A stretch of DNA of 63,403 nt, counting the filler, from Intoshia linei (lineage: Eukaryota; Animalia; Orthonectida): the NCBI GenBank assembly GCA_001642005.1. It is 7 parts of 7 records of this genome, joined end to end, with 100 filler letters (N's around TTAATTAATTAA, not from the genome) between each part and the next. Parts side by side here need not be neighbours in the genome. Positions count along the whole stretch, not along the records: positions 7,616 to 17,173 come from LWCA01001357.1; positions 17,274 to 30,785 come from LWCA01001010.1; 5 more parts are not named here. One strand, written 5' to 3'. Made by a program: the position numbers and the translations under genes. Shown here in pieces: positions 12,380 to 28,443 of this stretch (its first letter is position 1; every line of letters begins with the position of its first letter). The notes under the pieces are model-generated. The model saw only the letters and a list, made by a program, of their open reading frames with translations, did no database searches and was not told the origin of the DNA.

Positions 12380-13967
12380 TAGGGTGTCCATCAAATATTT
12401 TTTTCAAGAAATTCTAAAACATACCCAGTAGATTAGATGTAATTTAAAAAAAATGACAATCCGATGACTAATTCTGAAAAATACTTATTAATGACTCAGC
12501 GTTGATCAATTAAGTAATTAACAAAAAATAACTAAATTTAAGTTTATTTTCATGTTTATCCTAATTTTTTTTTTTACAAAAAGTGAAATTCCTGCTTTGT
12601 TTGTGGAGAAAAGTTAAAAATGTTTGTATATTTTAATAAAACGCGTTGAGCTGCATCATTTGCAATTTACTTTATTTTATAATAACGAAAATATTTTTTT
12701 TATAAGTATAATTATTAGGATCATTTTGTTTTGAGGTTTAAACAATGTTTGTGGGATAAATAAATGTAGACATTTTTTCTAATTTTTTGAAAATGTCAAT
12801 CTAATTTTAGGAGAGACCTTAAGATAGTCGTAATACAACCAAAATTTTATGTATCTTCAATACACCAATAAAATAAATGATTTTATAAATTTTAATCTAA
12901 AATATATTATTCTAAATGATTATATTAATGTTATCATAAGTGACAATTCAATATGACATTTAATGTATTCAAAGTATTTTGTTAAAATTTATTTAGAACC
13001 GTGACTATATTTTTAATTTCATATTATATTGTGGACAAATTTGATTCTCGTTTATATTTTACGTTTTGTTTTATTTATGTTTATATTCGACAATAATATC
13101 ATTTTCGATTTTATTTACCGTTGCACCATTATGTGGCATTATCATTATGGATTTGTACAATTTATTAAACGTCATTTTGATCAAGAAATAATAGAATATT
13201 ATGAAAATTATCATAGGAAATGTTTTCAAAAATACATTTGGCAGTTCTGATAAACTAAATATTATGGAAATAGATTTTATTACGAAATTACAAAAATAAA
13301 GAATTAACCAATGAAGTATAAAATTGTAACCGATTCAGCCGAAAGAGCCTTACAAAAATATAAACGATCATTAAATTTGTACACAAAAGAAATTCAAAAT
13401 ACAGTGATGATTTTTAATACATTTTCATATAAATGTTTGGATTAATTATATTCCCGTTTATAATATATTTTGGGTTAAAATTTATAAAATCTTTTATTTT
13501 GTTGGTATATTGCGTTGAAGGTATATAAAATTTTGGTTGGATTATGACAATCTTAAGTCTCTTATAAAAGTAGACTAAAATTTTTGAAATGATAGACAAA
13601 TCTCTACATTTAACTCACCAAAAACATAAAAACAAAATGATAAATATAGCTATAATTTGAAATTTTTTTTTCATATTATAGAATAACATCATGGTGTACG
13701 ACGCAGTTTAACATTATTTATTAAAATATACAAACATTATTAAATTTTCAACACAAACGAAGCATGAATTTAGGTTTTTGTAAAAAAAACATGAAAATAA
13801 ACTTAAATTTAGCTGTTTTTTGTTAATTACTTAATTGATCAACGCTGAGTCATTAATGAGTATTTTTCAGAATTAGTCATCGGATTGTCTTTTTTTTTTC
13901 AAATTACAACTAATCTACTTGGTATGTTTTTGAATTTTTTAAAAAAAATATTTGATGTGACACCCTA
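12380..13967 (+). mobile_element. Non-autonomous hATm-like element with long TIRs
   Basis: About 180-nt TIRs (TAGGGTGTC...GACACCCTA). The internal remnant KIVTDSAERALQKY resembles the transposase C-terminal VxNDxAER motif. No TSD was found. Confidence 0.8.
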
Positions 13968-14238
13968 CTGTAGACGTTCAATGCACATTTTTTTTTTAAA
14001 ATTGTATCATCAATATTTACGATTGTATGTATAAATAAAAATTAAAGGTAAGTCGACTATCATTGGCATACGATTTAAACTTGTTATTTTGTTTACATAA
14101 TGGTTAATAATTTAATATTTCTAAATAGTTGATATTGTAACATTTTTGAGTTAGAGTCGCGGCTGTAAGCCACCATTATAATTTATAGAAATTCGAAAAA
14201 GAATATTATGAAGAAAAGTTTTATTATTAATACATAAT

Positions 14239-14694
14239 TTATACTGAGGCCCGATCACTACATCTAAAGTCAATTTCTGCTTTTCTTTCTGTTGTTCGTT
14301 TTAACAAATTAATAGCGAACACTCGATTAAATTTTGGATGAGAAACTAGAATATCACCAGAAACTGGAGTTGTCTTATCTAGATGATGTCTGTGAATTTT
14401 CGGTTTATACATTAAATCTGGCGTAGGAACACGTCCTTCATATGTACTAGATTCAATTCCTGTTGTATCAATTATAGTGCTAAAAAAATTTTTAAATTAT
14501 AAATAAATATTTTCAACCTAGGTGTCGTGCTGGATGCATATGCTGGATAACATGTTAAATTAGATTTACTGATTTTAGTTTTGTTACTTTTAACCAAACA
14601 ATTTGAACAATTCTGGCTAAAATCAAATGATATAGTATTGTTTAGTATATAAAACACTTTGTTTGTAGGTGTGCATTATCGTTTATTTCGATAA
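14239..14694 (-). CDS. 3' exons of an unidentified protein-coding gene (14694-14658, 14616-14518, 14479-14239)
   Basis: Two GT-AG introns of 41 and 38 nt give one open frame: IEINDNAHLQTNQNCSNCLVKSNK...PAYASSTTPSTIIDTTGIESSTYEGRVPTPDLMYKPKIHRHHLDKTTPVSGDILVSHPKFNRVFAINLLKRTTERKAEIDFRCSDRASV*. The 5' exons were not located. Confidence 0.65.
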
Positions 14695-15575
14695 CTAAGA
14701 GTCTTATAATTTTATAAAGTCCACATTTCTATTACAATTTTTTCCGTGGATGAAAGTAAGATAAATTTCAACCTCCAAAATTCACATATTACCGGTCAAA
14801 AACCCCATTTTCTTTTTTTTGAAAATCAAACGAGTTTGAGAATTTAAAAAAAATATATCTTCAGGACCAAAACCCCAAATTACCTTTTTTTTTAAATGAA
14901 AACAGCACTAAAATTTAAAAAAAATTACAGGTGGTACAGTCAAAGCCGTGGAGAGCCAGCAGTAGGCCCCTATAATTTTTTTTAAGAAAATGGAACATCT
15001 ATATATGGCTTAAAAGATAGTTCATTATTTAAAAATTAAAAATAACCGTTGCAAATCCGATTGGTGATCATTAAAATAAAAACAGTAAATATGTAAAATG
15101 TTAATATACACTGCGTAATTATTTATTATATAGTACTAGGTTGGCTGTTATGTACTACGTATAAACAGGACCTAGCTCTGCCGATGGCACATTTTTATTA
15201 TACTTAAAAAATAAATTCACGTTGCAAATCTAATTTAAAAATCATACTATTCACTATTATCAACCCTTTAAAGGAGTGGTTCTCAAATTTGTGTCAGATG
15301 GAACCATCATATCACATTACTTTTTACTTTAAAGTGAATTACTCCATCTTAATTTTTTGTTTGTTAACATTTGTGTAAAGATTTTAAAAACAATTGTTAT
15401 CCCATTTTTTTAATTTATTAGACAGAATGTGTGTATAATATTAAAAATAAAGTAAAAACAGTCCAATCCTAAAAATTGTCATAAATAGCATAAATTCCAG
15501 AAAAAATAAAATTAGAAAAATCTATTTTGTCATTTTCAATGTAATGATATATATTCAGGACCGTAGAGAGGGGCT

Positions 15576-16813
15576 AATGTTAAGCTGCGTCATGCACCAT
15601 TGCCGTTATTCTATAATATGAAAAAAAATTTTTCAAATTATAGCTATATTTATCATTTTGTTTTGGTGTTTTTGGTGAGTTAAATGTAGAAATTTGTCTA
15701 TCATTTCAAAAATTTTATATACCTTCAACGCAATATACCAACAAAATAAAAGATTTTATAAATTTTAACCCAAAATATACTATAAATGGGAATGTAATTA
15801 ATCCAAACATTTATATGAAAATGTATTAAAAATCATCACTGTATTTTGAATTTCTTCTTATTATGTGTACAAATTTAATGATCGTTTATATTTTTGTAAG
15901 GCTCTTTCGGCTGAATCGGTTACAATTTTATACTATATTGGTTAATTCTTTATTTTCGTAATATCGTGATAAAATCTATTCCCATAATATTTAGTTTATC
16001 AGAAGTGCCAAATGTATTTTTGAAAACATTTCCTATGATAATTTTCATAATATTCTATTATTTCTTGATCAAAATGACGTATAATAATCTGTACAAAATT
16101 CATAATGATAATGCCACATAATACTCCAACGGTAAATAAAATCGGACAAGGTATATTGTCAAAACTAAACTTATTTTAACATACAAATTTATAATTTATC
16201 TCGTATATTAATATGATGAAATTTACTATGGAGTAGGTTTAAATACAACAATTAATGCGGATTAATAAATAATATTAATACGCATTAACGTTTTGCACTA
16301 AATTACACATAATTTTACTTAAAAATATAAACAAGAATCAAATTTGTCCACAATATAATATGAAATTAAAAATATAGTCACGGTTTTAAATAAATTTTTA
16401 CAAAATACTTTGAATAATTATATAATCATTTAGAATAATATATTTTAGATTAAAATTTATAAAATCATTTATTTTATTGGTGTATTGAAGATACATAAAA
16501 TTTTGGTTGTATTACGACTATCTTAAGGTCTCTCCTAAAATTAGAAAAAATGTCTACATTTATTTATTCCACAAACATTGTTTAAACCTCAAAACAAAAT
16601 GATCCTAATAATTATAGTTATAAAAAAAAATTAAGAAAAACATGAAAATAAACTTAAATTTAGTTAGTTTTTGTTAATTACTTAATTGATCAACGCTGAG
16701 TCATTAATAAGTATTTTTCAGAATTAGTCATCGGATTGTCATTTTTTTTCAATTACATTTAATCTACTGGGTATATTTTGAATTTCTTGAAAAAATATTG
16801 GATGTGACCCCCA
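15576..16813 (-). mobile_element. Second, inverted copy of the hATm-like element at 12380-13967, missing one end
   Basis: Reverse complement of about 12380-13715 over roughly 1.2 kb with a few indels; ends ...GATGTGACCCCCA. Confidence 0.85.
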
Positions 16814-17173
16814 ATTGTATTTTTATCCTGTTAACCCACACAGAAAGTTTCAATCAGAATAAGTAACGACTTCACGGTCAAAATTGCATTTTAGTATTGA
16901 TATTTTTTTTCCAAATAATTTATTAACAATGTAAATTGGTCCTGAATATATTCATATATATATATAATAATATATAATAAAAAGCATAAATTCCAGAAAA
17001 AATAAAATTATAAAAACATATTTTGTCATTTTCAATGTGATGACACATATTCAGTATCAATTTAATAAATACTTAAAAATACAAATAGAGTATAAATAAT
17101 TAATTAAATCTTCACTTTCTAAATATTTCAGTCGAATTTTACCATTATTGCAAAGGATTGTAATATAAAAATG

Positions 17174-17273
17174 NNNNNNNNNNNNNNNNNNNNNNNNNNN
17201 NNNNNNNNNNNNNNNNNTTAATTAATTAANNNNNNNNNNNNNNNNNNNNNNNNNNNNNNNNNNNNNNNNNNNN
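17174..17273. other. Scaffold gap spacer
   Basis: 100-nt N spacer with TTAATTAATTAA. Confidence 0.97.
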
Positions 17274-17816
17274 AAAATTTCAGCTTTTTATTTGTATGGG
17301 TCTCATGCAGATCCTCGAAAAAAGTTTCCATTTTGTTGTCTAGTGTTATATTAACTTATTGTGTCATTGACCTGGGTTAATTATCAAATAAAAAATCCGA
17401 TTTTACCATAGTTGTCAGATGTTGAGATTTTATCCCAAAGCCTAGACGACCGCTAAATTATAATTTTAAAAATCCCATCATTAATAAAATTTAATAAAAA
17501 ATACCATTTCAAGCCCTTTATGATTTTCAAAAAAACTTAATTCAACGCCAAAATAAAAAATCCAATTTTACCAACCTTAAGTCAAGGTAATATCTCTATT
17601 CCTACATTTTTTTGAAAAAACCGAATTTGCCAAATCTTTATGAGAAAAACCTTTAATTTTTTCATACATTTTTTTGATTGCGAAATAGTTTTTCTATTTT
17701 TAAAATATACACATTTAGTGTTACTTTTCCATCAAATGCTCAAAATTTAAAATTAATACATATAGTTTTGATTGTACAAAATGAACACACTATTAATCAA
17801 TAATTTATGTAAAATT

Positions 17817-18525
17817 TTAGCGATACATTGATAAATTAATAGATTTGTTTTCTTGGATTCGGCAAAGGATTTCTGAGAATATAGAACCTAAGAATATTTA
17901 AAAATTAGAAAAATATCTTACAAAAAATGGCGGCAATAATATGAGTAATCCAAAAGGAAAGATTACCAAAAGAAGTAGATGATATACAACAAATGACTGT
18001 ATGAATCACTGTAAAGGAAACGGTAAAATCCACGCACATTTTAGAAGTTCGAACAATTTTAAGCATGACCCAGGGTCTATAATACAATTATATTGATACA
18101 AAGGTTAAAAGTATGAAAATCTCACGCAAATATAGTCATCGTTGATAAATATGTGAAAATTTGGCATGAATTTTGTTTGGCCCAAGAGTATTTCTAAATT
18201 AAGACAATTAACAAATGTAATCAAGATAATGAATTACTTGACAATTGAACAAATTGAAAACAAGTGGATAATCTTTGGTAGTGGATATATGAAATAGTAG
18301 GCAAAATATTGGTAAAAATGTAGAATAACAACAATATAAAAGAATTGTGAATGTAAATAACTGAAATAAGGTGACAAAATGATTCTTATTAGATTTTCTA
18401 AATTTTCCAACAGAATCTTCCACCTTAATTTTAGATTCATTCTCCGTTTTTTTATTTACGACGATATCGTCGAATTCTGACGAAGTTGAAGCTAAAAGAG
18501 ATCGATTTTGGGTTTCTTCCAACAT
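17817..18525 (-). CDS. SYS1: SYS1 Golgi integral membrane trafficking protein, 4 exons
   Basis: The spliced product contains GKFRK...TLFQLFTFTILLY, IVRTSKMCVDFTVSFTVIHTVICC, SFWITH and SEILCRIQENKSINL*. These match SYS1 (GQFR..; IRRGKQCLDFTVTVHFFHLLGC; GEYLCMRTELKEIPL). Confidence 0.85.
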
Positions 18526-18582
18526 TTATTTTATAATTATAGTATAAACGTAAATTTATTAAAATTTTTATTTTCATAACAA

Positions 18583-21500
18583 TCAAAAAATATTTGAGGA
18601 TAGTAATTTTTCAGCTACTTTTTCAGTCTTTTCATAATCCTGAATCATTTTAAATTTAACTTTATAAATATTACCTTTTCTTCTAATTGACCAGTGTTTT
18701 TCAAATATTCGCTGTGGAAAGATGATATTAGTTGACTCATTTCAGTATCACTTTTTGAAAGTTCTTTTGCTCTTAAAATTACATTATTTTATTTTGATTG
18801 AATTTTAAAATTTTTAATTTTACTGATTACGATTTGTTATAAAAGTAATATTATGTTACTTTTTGTACTATTGATATATAAGTATGCCAAAAAATCCAAA
18901 ATCGAGACAGGAAAAAATCAGCAATATTCTAAAACTTTATCCAACTGAATTTAAAATCATATACAACAATTTATTTTGTTTAAGATGCAATTGCAATGTC
19001 TCGTTTGATTAATTATATTATGTACAGGTACATAGGGGTTCATCAAAACAGAAATCTTTAAATATTGTTATTCCTATACGAAAATACTTAAAAGTTAAGA
19101 GTGATTTTGCATTGGAAGTGTTAGAAGCTTTTTTGTCAGCAGACATACCATTATATAAATAAATTTGAATTAGTTAAAATAATTATTAACAATAAATTTT
19201 TTATAGGTTAATAAAGTTACAAATTTTTTTTTATATGTTAAATTTTTTTAATTTTATAGGTTATAAAAAGTTTACCCTAATTATGATATTCAAGAATATA
19301 ATTTTTTACGTTCAATTTGGAAAAATGAGGCCACATTTTACAAACATTTCGTCGAGAACCCCACGAAGAGAGTTTAGTACGGTAGATTCGGCAATTGACA
19401 AGGGTACCAGTTTTTGGTATAAAATTACCACCTACCAATTCAAAAAACCGATTAGGAAAGTTGCCCAAGTATAATTAAAACAAAACGGGATAATATCAAG
19501 AATTAATCAAATATTCTCTTGATAATAACTAAACTTTAAAATTTGTAATTGATTATATCATATTTTATGATAAAATTTCTGTATATTTAAACTTTAAATT
19601 AAAAATTAGCCTTATTCATATATGTAATTGACGTTATTATTATAATACGACCATACCAAGATGAAAACACATGTTCTTGTATGATCACAGAAGTTGGCCA
19701 TCATCAGATTTAGTTAATCTTGGATTGGAACTCTTCGCAAGACTAAGTGTGATGTTTTATGATTTTTTTATATCAACAAAAATATGAATAATATAAACGA
19801 ATTTTATCAAGTCACAAATTCGACTAATTTTGGGGAGGTTTATTTTTTAGAAAAATATTTAAAATATGATAAATACATTTTTGAGGTTGAAATGTATAAT
19901 AATGCTCATGATGTAAAAAAATTTCTCAGAATGTGTGTTTTTTAAAATTATGGGCCTCTTTGCTTATAAATAAATGGTGACAGACCTGTATTTTGAGCTT
20001 TTTTATTTTATATATCTAAATAATGATATGTTTTTAAAATTACTTTGCCCAATTACACGCCTTTAAATTTAAAATTGTGGCTTCTTCGAGATTATTAGTG
20101 TGCAAAAGTTGAGCTTCAGAGTCAACTAAACTTGAATATAATTGTGACAAACGGTGGACAGAATATTCTGAATCTTTCTTTTTGATTTTATCCGTTTGAA
20201 ATTTATTTTTTATTTTTTGAATATACTCAATTTTGTGGATCTAAAAGACATTAAAATTAATGATAACAACGATCAAAGTAATATGAATTAGTACTTACTG
20301 ATATCATTTCATTGTAAGCGCAAATTGTATATAGGAAGGGTTGTGGAGAGCCAACAGTAGGCCAGAATTAGATGGAAATTGTAGGTCTTTATAAAATTTT
20401 TTTTAAAAATGGGACCTTATACATTGTACATTGCTTAATCGATCGTTAATTGTCTAAAAATTAAAAATAACCCTTGGAAATCGCATTGGTTATCGAAATT
20501 TTAGTATATTTGAAAAATTTTCTAACATTACCTATTAAAAAACCTGATTGTAGGCGGGCCATATGGCCCTACCCCTCTATCCACGGCCCTAATATAGGCT
20601 ATTATATATTAATGGCTTCAGTGTTAATAAGTCACGAGTTATGATTTAGTTATATATTATGTGACGCGACATGGAAAGAAACTGGACAACTTCTATGTTC
20701 AGAACTTCAGACTGCTGAAATATTTAATTATTTGAATTAAAAAACATTTTAAAAGTTGGGAAATTTATATTATAATCGATTATCTGGAAAATTGAGCTAC
20801 CCATTATACTGTGTTAATTTGTACATTATAAATATATACTTGATTAGTTGCAGTGAAAGCATATTTGGCAACTTTAACGTTTTTCAATTTAATAGACATT
20901 ATGGCAAGTATTGTCCATAAAACTGGGTTCTAAAATATATAATAAATACTAAAAATAAAAATGAATTACAATTTCCAATTGACAAAGATTTACACATTGT
21001 GGCCATTGTCTTTTAGCGGCCAATTGATAAAGAATACAAATATATATAGGTATAGTTAACAAAACACGTGATCCATCTGATTGTTCAAAAAATATTTTAT
21101 CATCAATAAATCCATATAGTTCCGGACTATTGCCAAATTCACTAATCGGCAATAAAAAATTGAAAGAATTTTAATTTTACTATATAGACTTGTCAATGAT
21201 GGACATATTCATTAGTTCGGAATCTACAAAAGCTGCATCTGGATGAGTCCAAACTTTGCATCTACCTTCACCTACTCCAGTTAAAATTGGGTATGTTTCA
21301 TTCCATAAAATATCTGAAAGCATCGAAGCCAATTGTAAACATCGAGAATTCGTCAAAGAATTCTCCATTGACAGTAAATATCTAAATTTTAATTAAAATT
21401 GGTAAATTAAGATAAGTTAAATTTTTTTTTAAATTACAAATCAAAATCTTCATCTATAAATGCTAGTAATTCATGATCATTAGCAGACTTTTCATAATAT

Positions 21501-23330
21501 GTGTATTGATTCATACTTATACATTTTATTGGTTTCTAAATTTCGGGTTTTAATTGATATTGTTTTGGTTATAATTTACCAAATGCTTATATTTCGTATT
21601 TTGGGCTACTGAAGATTTTTGAACAGAAATATCGTATAACTGTATTACTAGATTAAAAATTAAATAATAATATTTATAACGTTTTTCATTATACCACTTT
21701 TTTCTGACAACCCTGCCACAGCAATTGTGTTATCTGTAAGCGACAACATTTTGTAGGTATAAATTGATGCAGCAGTATCCTTTGCAGTTTTAGTATTGGG
21801 GTTAGCGGTTAATCGCCCCTCATATGCGTAAACATATAAATTTCCATCATCCACCAATAGAAAATGTCTTTTTGACTGAACGATCGTTGAAACATTATTC
21901 TCCTTTAAATCAAAAATAGTTGGCGTATTCCAATTTTTGACACTATTTAAAATTTAAAATTTAAAATGTAAACATTAATACATGAATTACCTGTAAATAA
22001 AACACTGACTTTCAGTGATAACAATGAGATGATGATATCGAATAGATACAATAACAATACAATCTTTAAAATCAAGTTTTTCGGTAGTGTCATCGATTAC
22101 ATTCGTGGTTTCAACAATCTGTGGTGTTTTCAGAGTAATATTATAGTTACTCCATTCATAGTATCTACATTTTTGTGAATAATTAACAATATATGTATTG
22201 TTACCTGTCTGCAATATGCGCAGAAAATATTCTACCAGAACCGGTACCTATTGCCAATTTCGAACTGTCATAACTCCAAGCTAGCGATACTACTGATCCA
22301 TGGTTTATTGGATACTGATTTAATGAATGCGCCCACTAAAAGTATGGATAAAAAAGTATCGATAATGAAATTTTACCCCACGTTTGTTGCACAATTTAAT
22401 TATATTGGAAGAGGCAACACAGAAATATTCTCCATTTTTTGCCCAACAAAGGGCAATGATGGGATAACTAAATTTATTGCTGGAATAAATAAGTCTACCA
22501 AAGTTATCCCACAACTAAATTAAAATTAACTTTTTTTTGAAATAAATGTTTTCAATTTACCTTATATTTACAATCCTCACCACCTGAAATAATAAGATTG
22601 TTCACCGAATTCCAACCCACTTTGGTTACTAAACCATCATGTGCCCTCCAAGATATTATCTTTTGGTTTGTTTTGAAAGGTTTTATAGTGATATTACAAT
22701 TAGAACAGTAAACTATTTTACTGGAATCGGGCGACCATGCTAGATCATGTATCGGATGATCTAAATAGTTTTGTTTTGTGCCACATTTAAATTACTTGAT
22801 TTAACCAAACTGCATCTAAGCATTCCAGATTTTGACCACACTTTTAGTTGATGATCTTCTCCAGCAGTAGCAATTGTACTACCAATAAAACTCCATTCTG
22901 CACAAAGAATAGCTCCAACGTGAGCTTCAATAATTTTTTCGATCTTTCCCAATTTGTTTATAATTATCAATTTTCCTAAGATAAATTAGAAAATAAAAAC
23001 AAGATTTACCGTCCGTCGATACAATAATGCACACGTCTTTTTCATTTGTAACTGATCTCTGAGTAGACGTACTACCGCGACCTTTTGACTGGAATGATTT
23101 TATGCTCGTTGGATACAAATCATTCGGCAAGGTAAGCAAGGAAGTTATCTCATTTTTGGTAAAATTTATTTTTAGTACTTCATCAGAATCACTAGTACAA
23201 TAAATTTCATCCAAGGAAATCCAGGTAATGTCTGTTATGTACGACTGGTTTTTACTAATTTTTTATGAAAAATTAATCTTAGTTTATACCTGGTTAGGCT
23301 TTTTAAATCGGCATTGAGAACGAGTTTCAT
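18583..23330 (-). CDS. IFT80: Intraflagellar transport protein 80 (WD40), multi-exon
   Basis: Starts MKLVLNADLKSL and contains KIEKIIEAHVGAILCAEWSFIGSTIATAGEDHQLKVWSKSGMLRCSL, WNSVNNLIISGGEDCKYK, WDNFGRLIYSS, EFGNSPEL, NPVLWTILAIM, IHKIEYIQKIK and LNLKACNW. Terminal exons at about 18771-18583 end LLSSNIF*. Confidence 0.92.
18884..19160 (+). mobile_element. CGGBP1-like hAT transposase N-terminal remnant in an IFT80 intron
   Basis: MPKNPKSRQEKI...EF...NLFCLRCNCNV (BED-like finger) and DFALEVLEAFLSADIPLYK, interrupted by stops. Confidence 0.6.
19643..19761 (+). rRNA. 5S rRNA gene or near-intact pseudogene, antisense within IFT80 intron 18772-20043
   Basis: TACGACCATACCAAGATGAAAACACATGTTCTTGTATGATCACAGAAGTT...GTTAATCTTGGATTGG is colinear with the animal 5S consensus (TACGACCATACC..TGAAAACAC..GTTCTCGTCCGATCAC.GAAGTT...GTTAGTACTTGGATGGG). 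About 119 nt, the ends pair, and a T7 run follows. Confidence 0.85.
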
Positions 23331-23438
23331 GGTCGGTATCAAATCTGTAAAATAAGTAGTCCCGGTTATTATCCAAACATTGGATATTTAATAAAAACAA
23401 TAATTCAATACACTCGCAACATATAAACAGTTTATTTA

Positions 23439-26300
<2,862 letters not shown>

Positions 26301-26433
26301 TATACGAATAAAGTATATTACGTAACTATGTATTTACAACAATTGCAAAATCAATAAATGTGTTTACACTTTACTTGTTAATAAAATAAATTTGTACATT
26401 TTTACAGAGTAAATATTTAGTATATTGTAAAAT

Positions 26434-28443
26434 TTAGGAAGGTTTTTCCAATTTTTCTTTTCTCAAAAGACTTTTATTTTTCCAAACATTGTATTTTGAA
26501 ATTGCAGCATCTAGGCGCATTTCATTGTGTCGAAGAATCTAAGCGTATAATTAAAAATACCAAAATAAGTGTAAAAAATAACATTTTCTTTAAAGTGCTG
26601 TTGAATCAATTTTTCTTTATAGTCTTTGATTTGACTGTTTTTAAAATTGGTGATAAGGTTGAATGTTCGATAAAGCTAAAAATATGTATAAAATGATTCC
26701 ATCACATAATTTACCTTATTTTCCAATTCAACAGATACTACCGGAAAGCACATCCAAAAGTGACGCGTAATTTCGCTTACAGTATTGTGGATTTTCATAT
26801 ATTCCTTGCTCATCTCTGGGGTAAGTTGAACTATAAATTTATTAATTTTTGCAATTAAAATTATCACCTTCTTTAATACCCGATGAATTTTCAGAGCTCA
26901 TTTCACTAATAAACTGAAGGACAGAATGTTTCGAATGGAGCTAAATATATTAATTAACGACAAAATGGAAAATATATACGTCATCGAAATTTGAATTCCA
27001 ATTTTGAAAATCATCAAGCATTTTTGTGGAAACAGCAAAATCAGCCTGATCATCTTGTGACTCAATTACACATTTTCTTTTTAATTCTGTTTTAATGTTT
27101 AATCTTGAATCGAATTGTATGGGTTCGTATATATCCTATATTATGATGAAAAAGAAATTTTAAATTTACATCAGTTTCTTCAATATCAATTTGGGCCAAA
27201 TTGGTGTAAACATCATCCGTTGGTTGTCTAACCAAAGAATTTAATATATTAGCGGAATAATTGTTTATAGATCGAACAAGATTTTTATAACTTTCAGTAG
27301 GATTTGAATTTTGTATAAACTACATAAATTATAAAAATTTTAAAACAACCAAATATTACCGTATTAGATTGTAAATCCAAGCCATCTTTCAAATAACCCA
27401 GATCATCCGTATTATTTTTCCCGAAATTTTGATTCAAAAGTTTAATATCTAGACAAAAATTTTATTTTCCAAAATGAAATTAACCTTTCTGTTCTTCTTT
27501 GACCACATCATGAAAAAAGTCTCGATAATTTTTTGGAAGAGGTAAATCCCTCAAATAATAATGTGACTCAAAAAAATGTTTCCAAAAACTTTGTTCCGAC
27601 ATTTGACTGGGTACACATTCAGAGTGTTTTCTTTTAACTGTTGAAAAATTATAAATAATGAAGAAAACAAAAATTACTCGCAGGGTAAGTTTTAAAAATG
27701 CACATTATAGTGTCCTGGTCCATATTATATTCAATTTGATTGTAACCGCCAGTTTGATGTTTGAGCTGAGACTATATTTAAACTATAACATGTAAATTGA
27801 AAAAAAATACAATAAATGAAGTGGGAACTCCAATGTTCTGATCAAATTTGTCAAATTTATTTAGATATCGCGTCCAATGTTTCCAAAATTCATCAGTAGA
27901 AATTGTTCCAGTTTCTACTAGATTTTTATAACCCTTCCGGAGATTTACATTGCTTTTAAGCAATCTAAATTACTATTATAAAAATTAATAAATAAAAACG
28001 TTTCTTTTTCTTTTAGATCAGTTTCATTAATTTTTTTAAATTTAGGCAATACTTCCGACATGTACGAACTCACCATAGTTCGATCCAAAAGTTGATCTTT
28101 CTTCCCGTTAGGGTTAGCGAAATGGAACGTTGTGGCACCGGATTCATATAAAACTAATTGCAATTGAATTTTCTCTCGGTTAGGTTGGGATATTTTTATC
28201 TCTAAATCAAAAAATAACGGAATGTGACATAATTAATCATTGTAATATTTTAGTGGATATTGGTGGCAACCTTTCATTTAAAATTAAATTACGTTTTATG
28301 TCAGCGTAATTGTAACTCAAACCAAAGGAGTTTTTAGATTCTTGCATCCAAGCAATTCGGGTTTTCATCAAATACAAACTACCATTAACTTTTTTCACAC
28401 GAACATATTTTAAATTGTTCAATACATCTTCATGGACATCCAT
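26434..28443 (-). CDS. GTF2H1: TFIIH p62 subunit (PH and BSD domains), multi-exon
   Basis: MDVHEDVLNNLKYVRVKKVNGSLYLMKTRIAW, KIQLQLVLYESGATTFHF, YKNLVETGTISTDEFW, FKTYPA, FWKHFFESHY, EITRHFWMCFPV; ends NVWKNKSLLRKEKLEKPS*. Confidence 0.93.
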
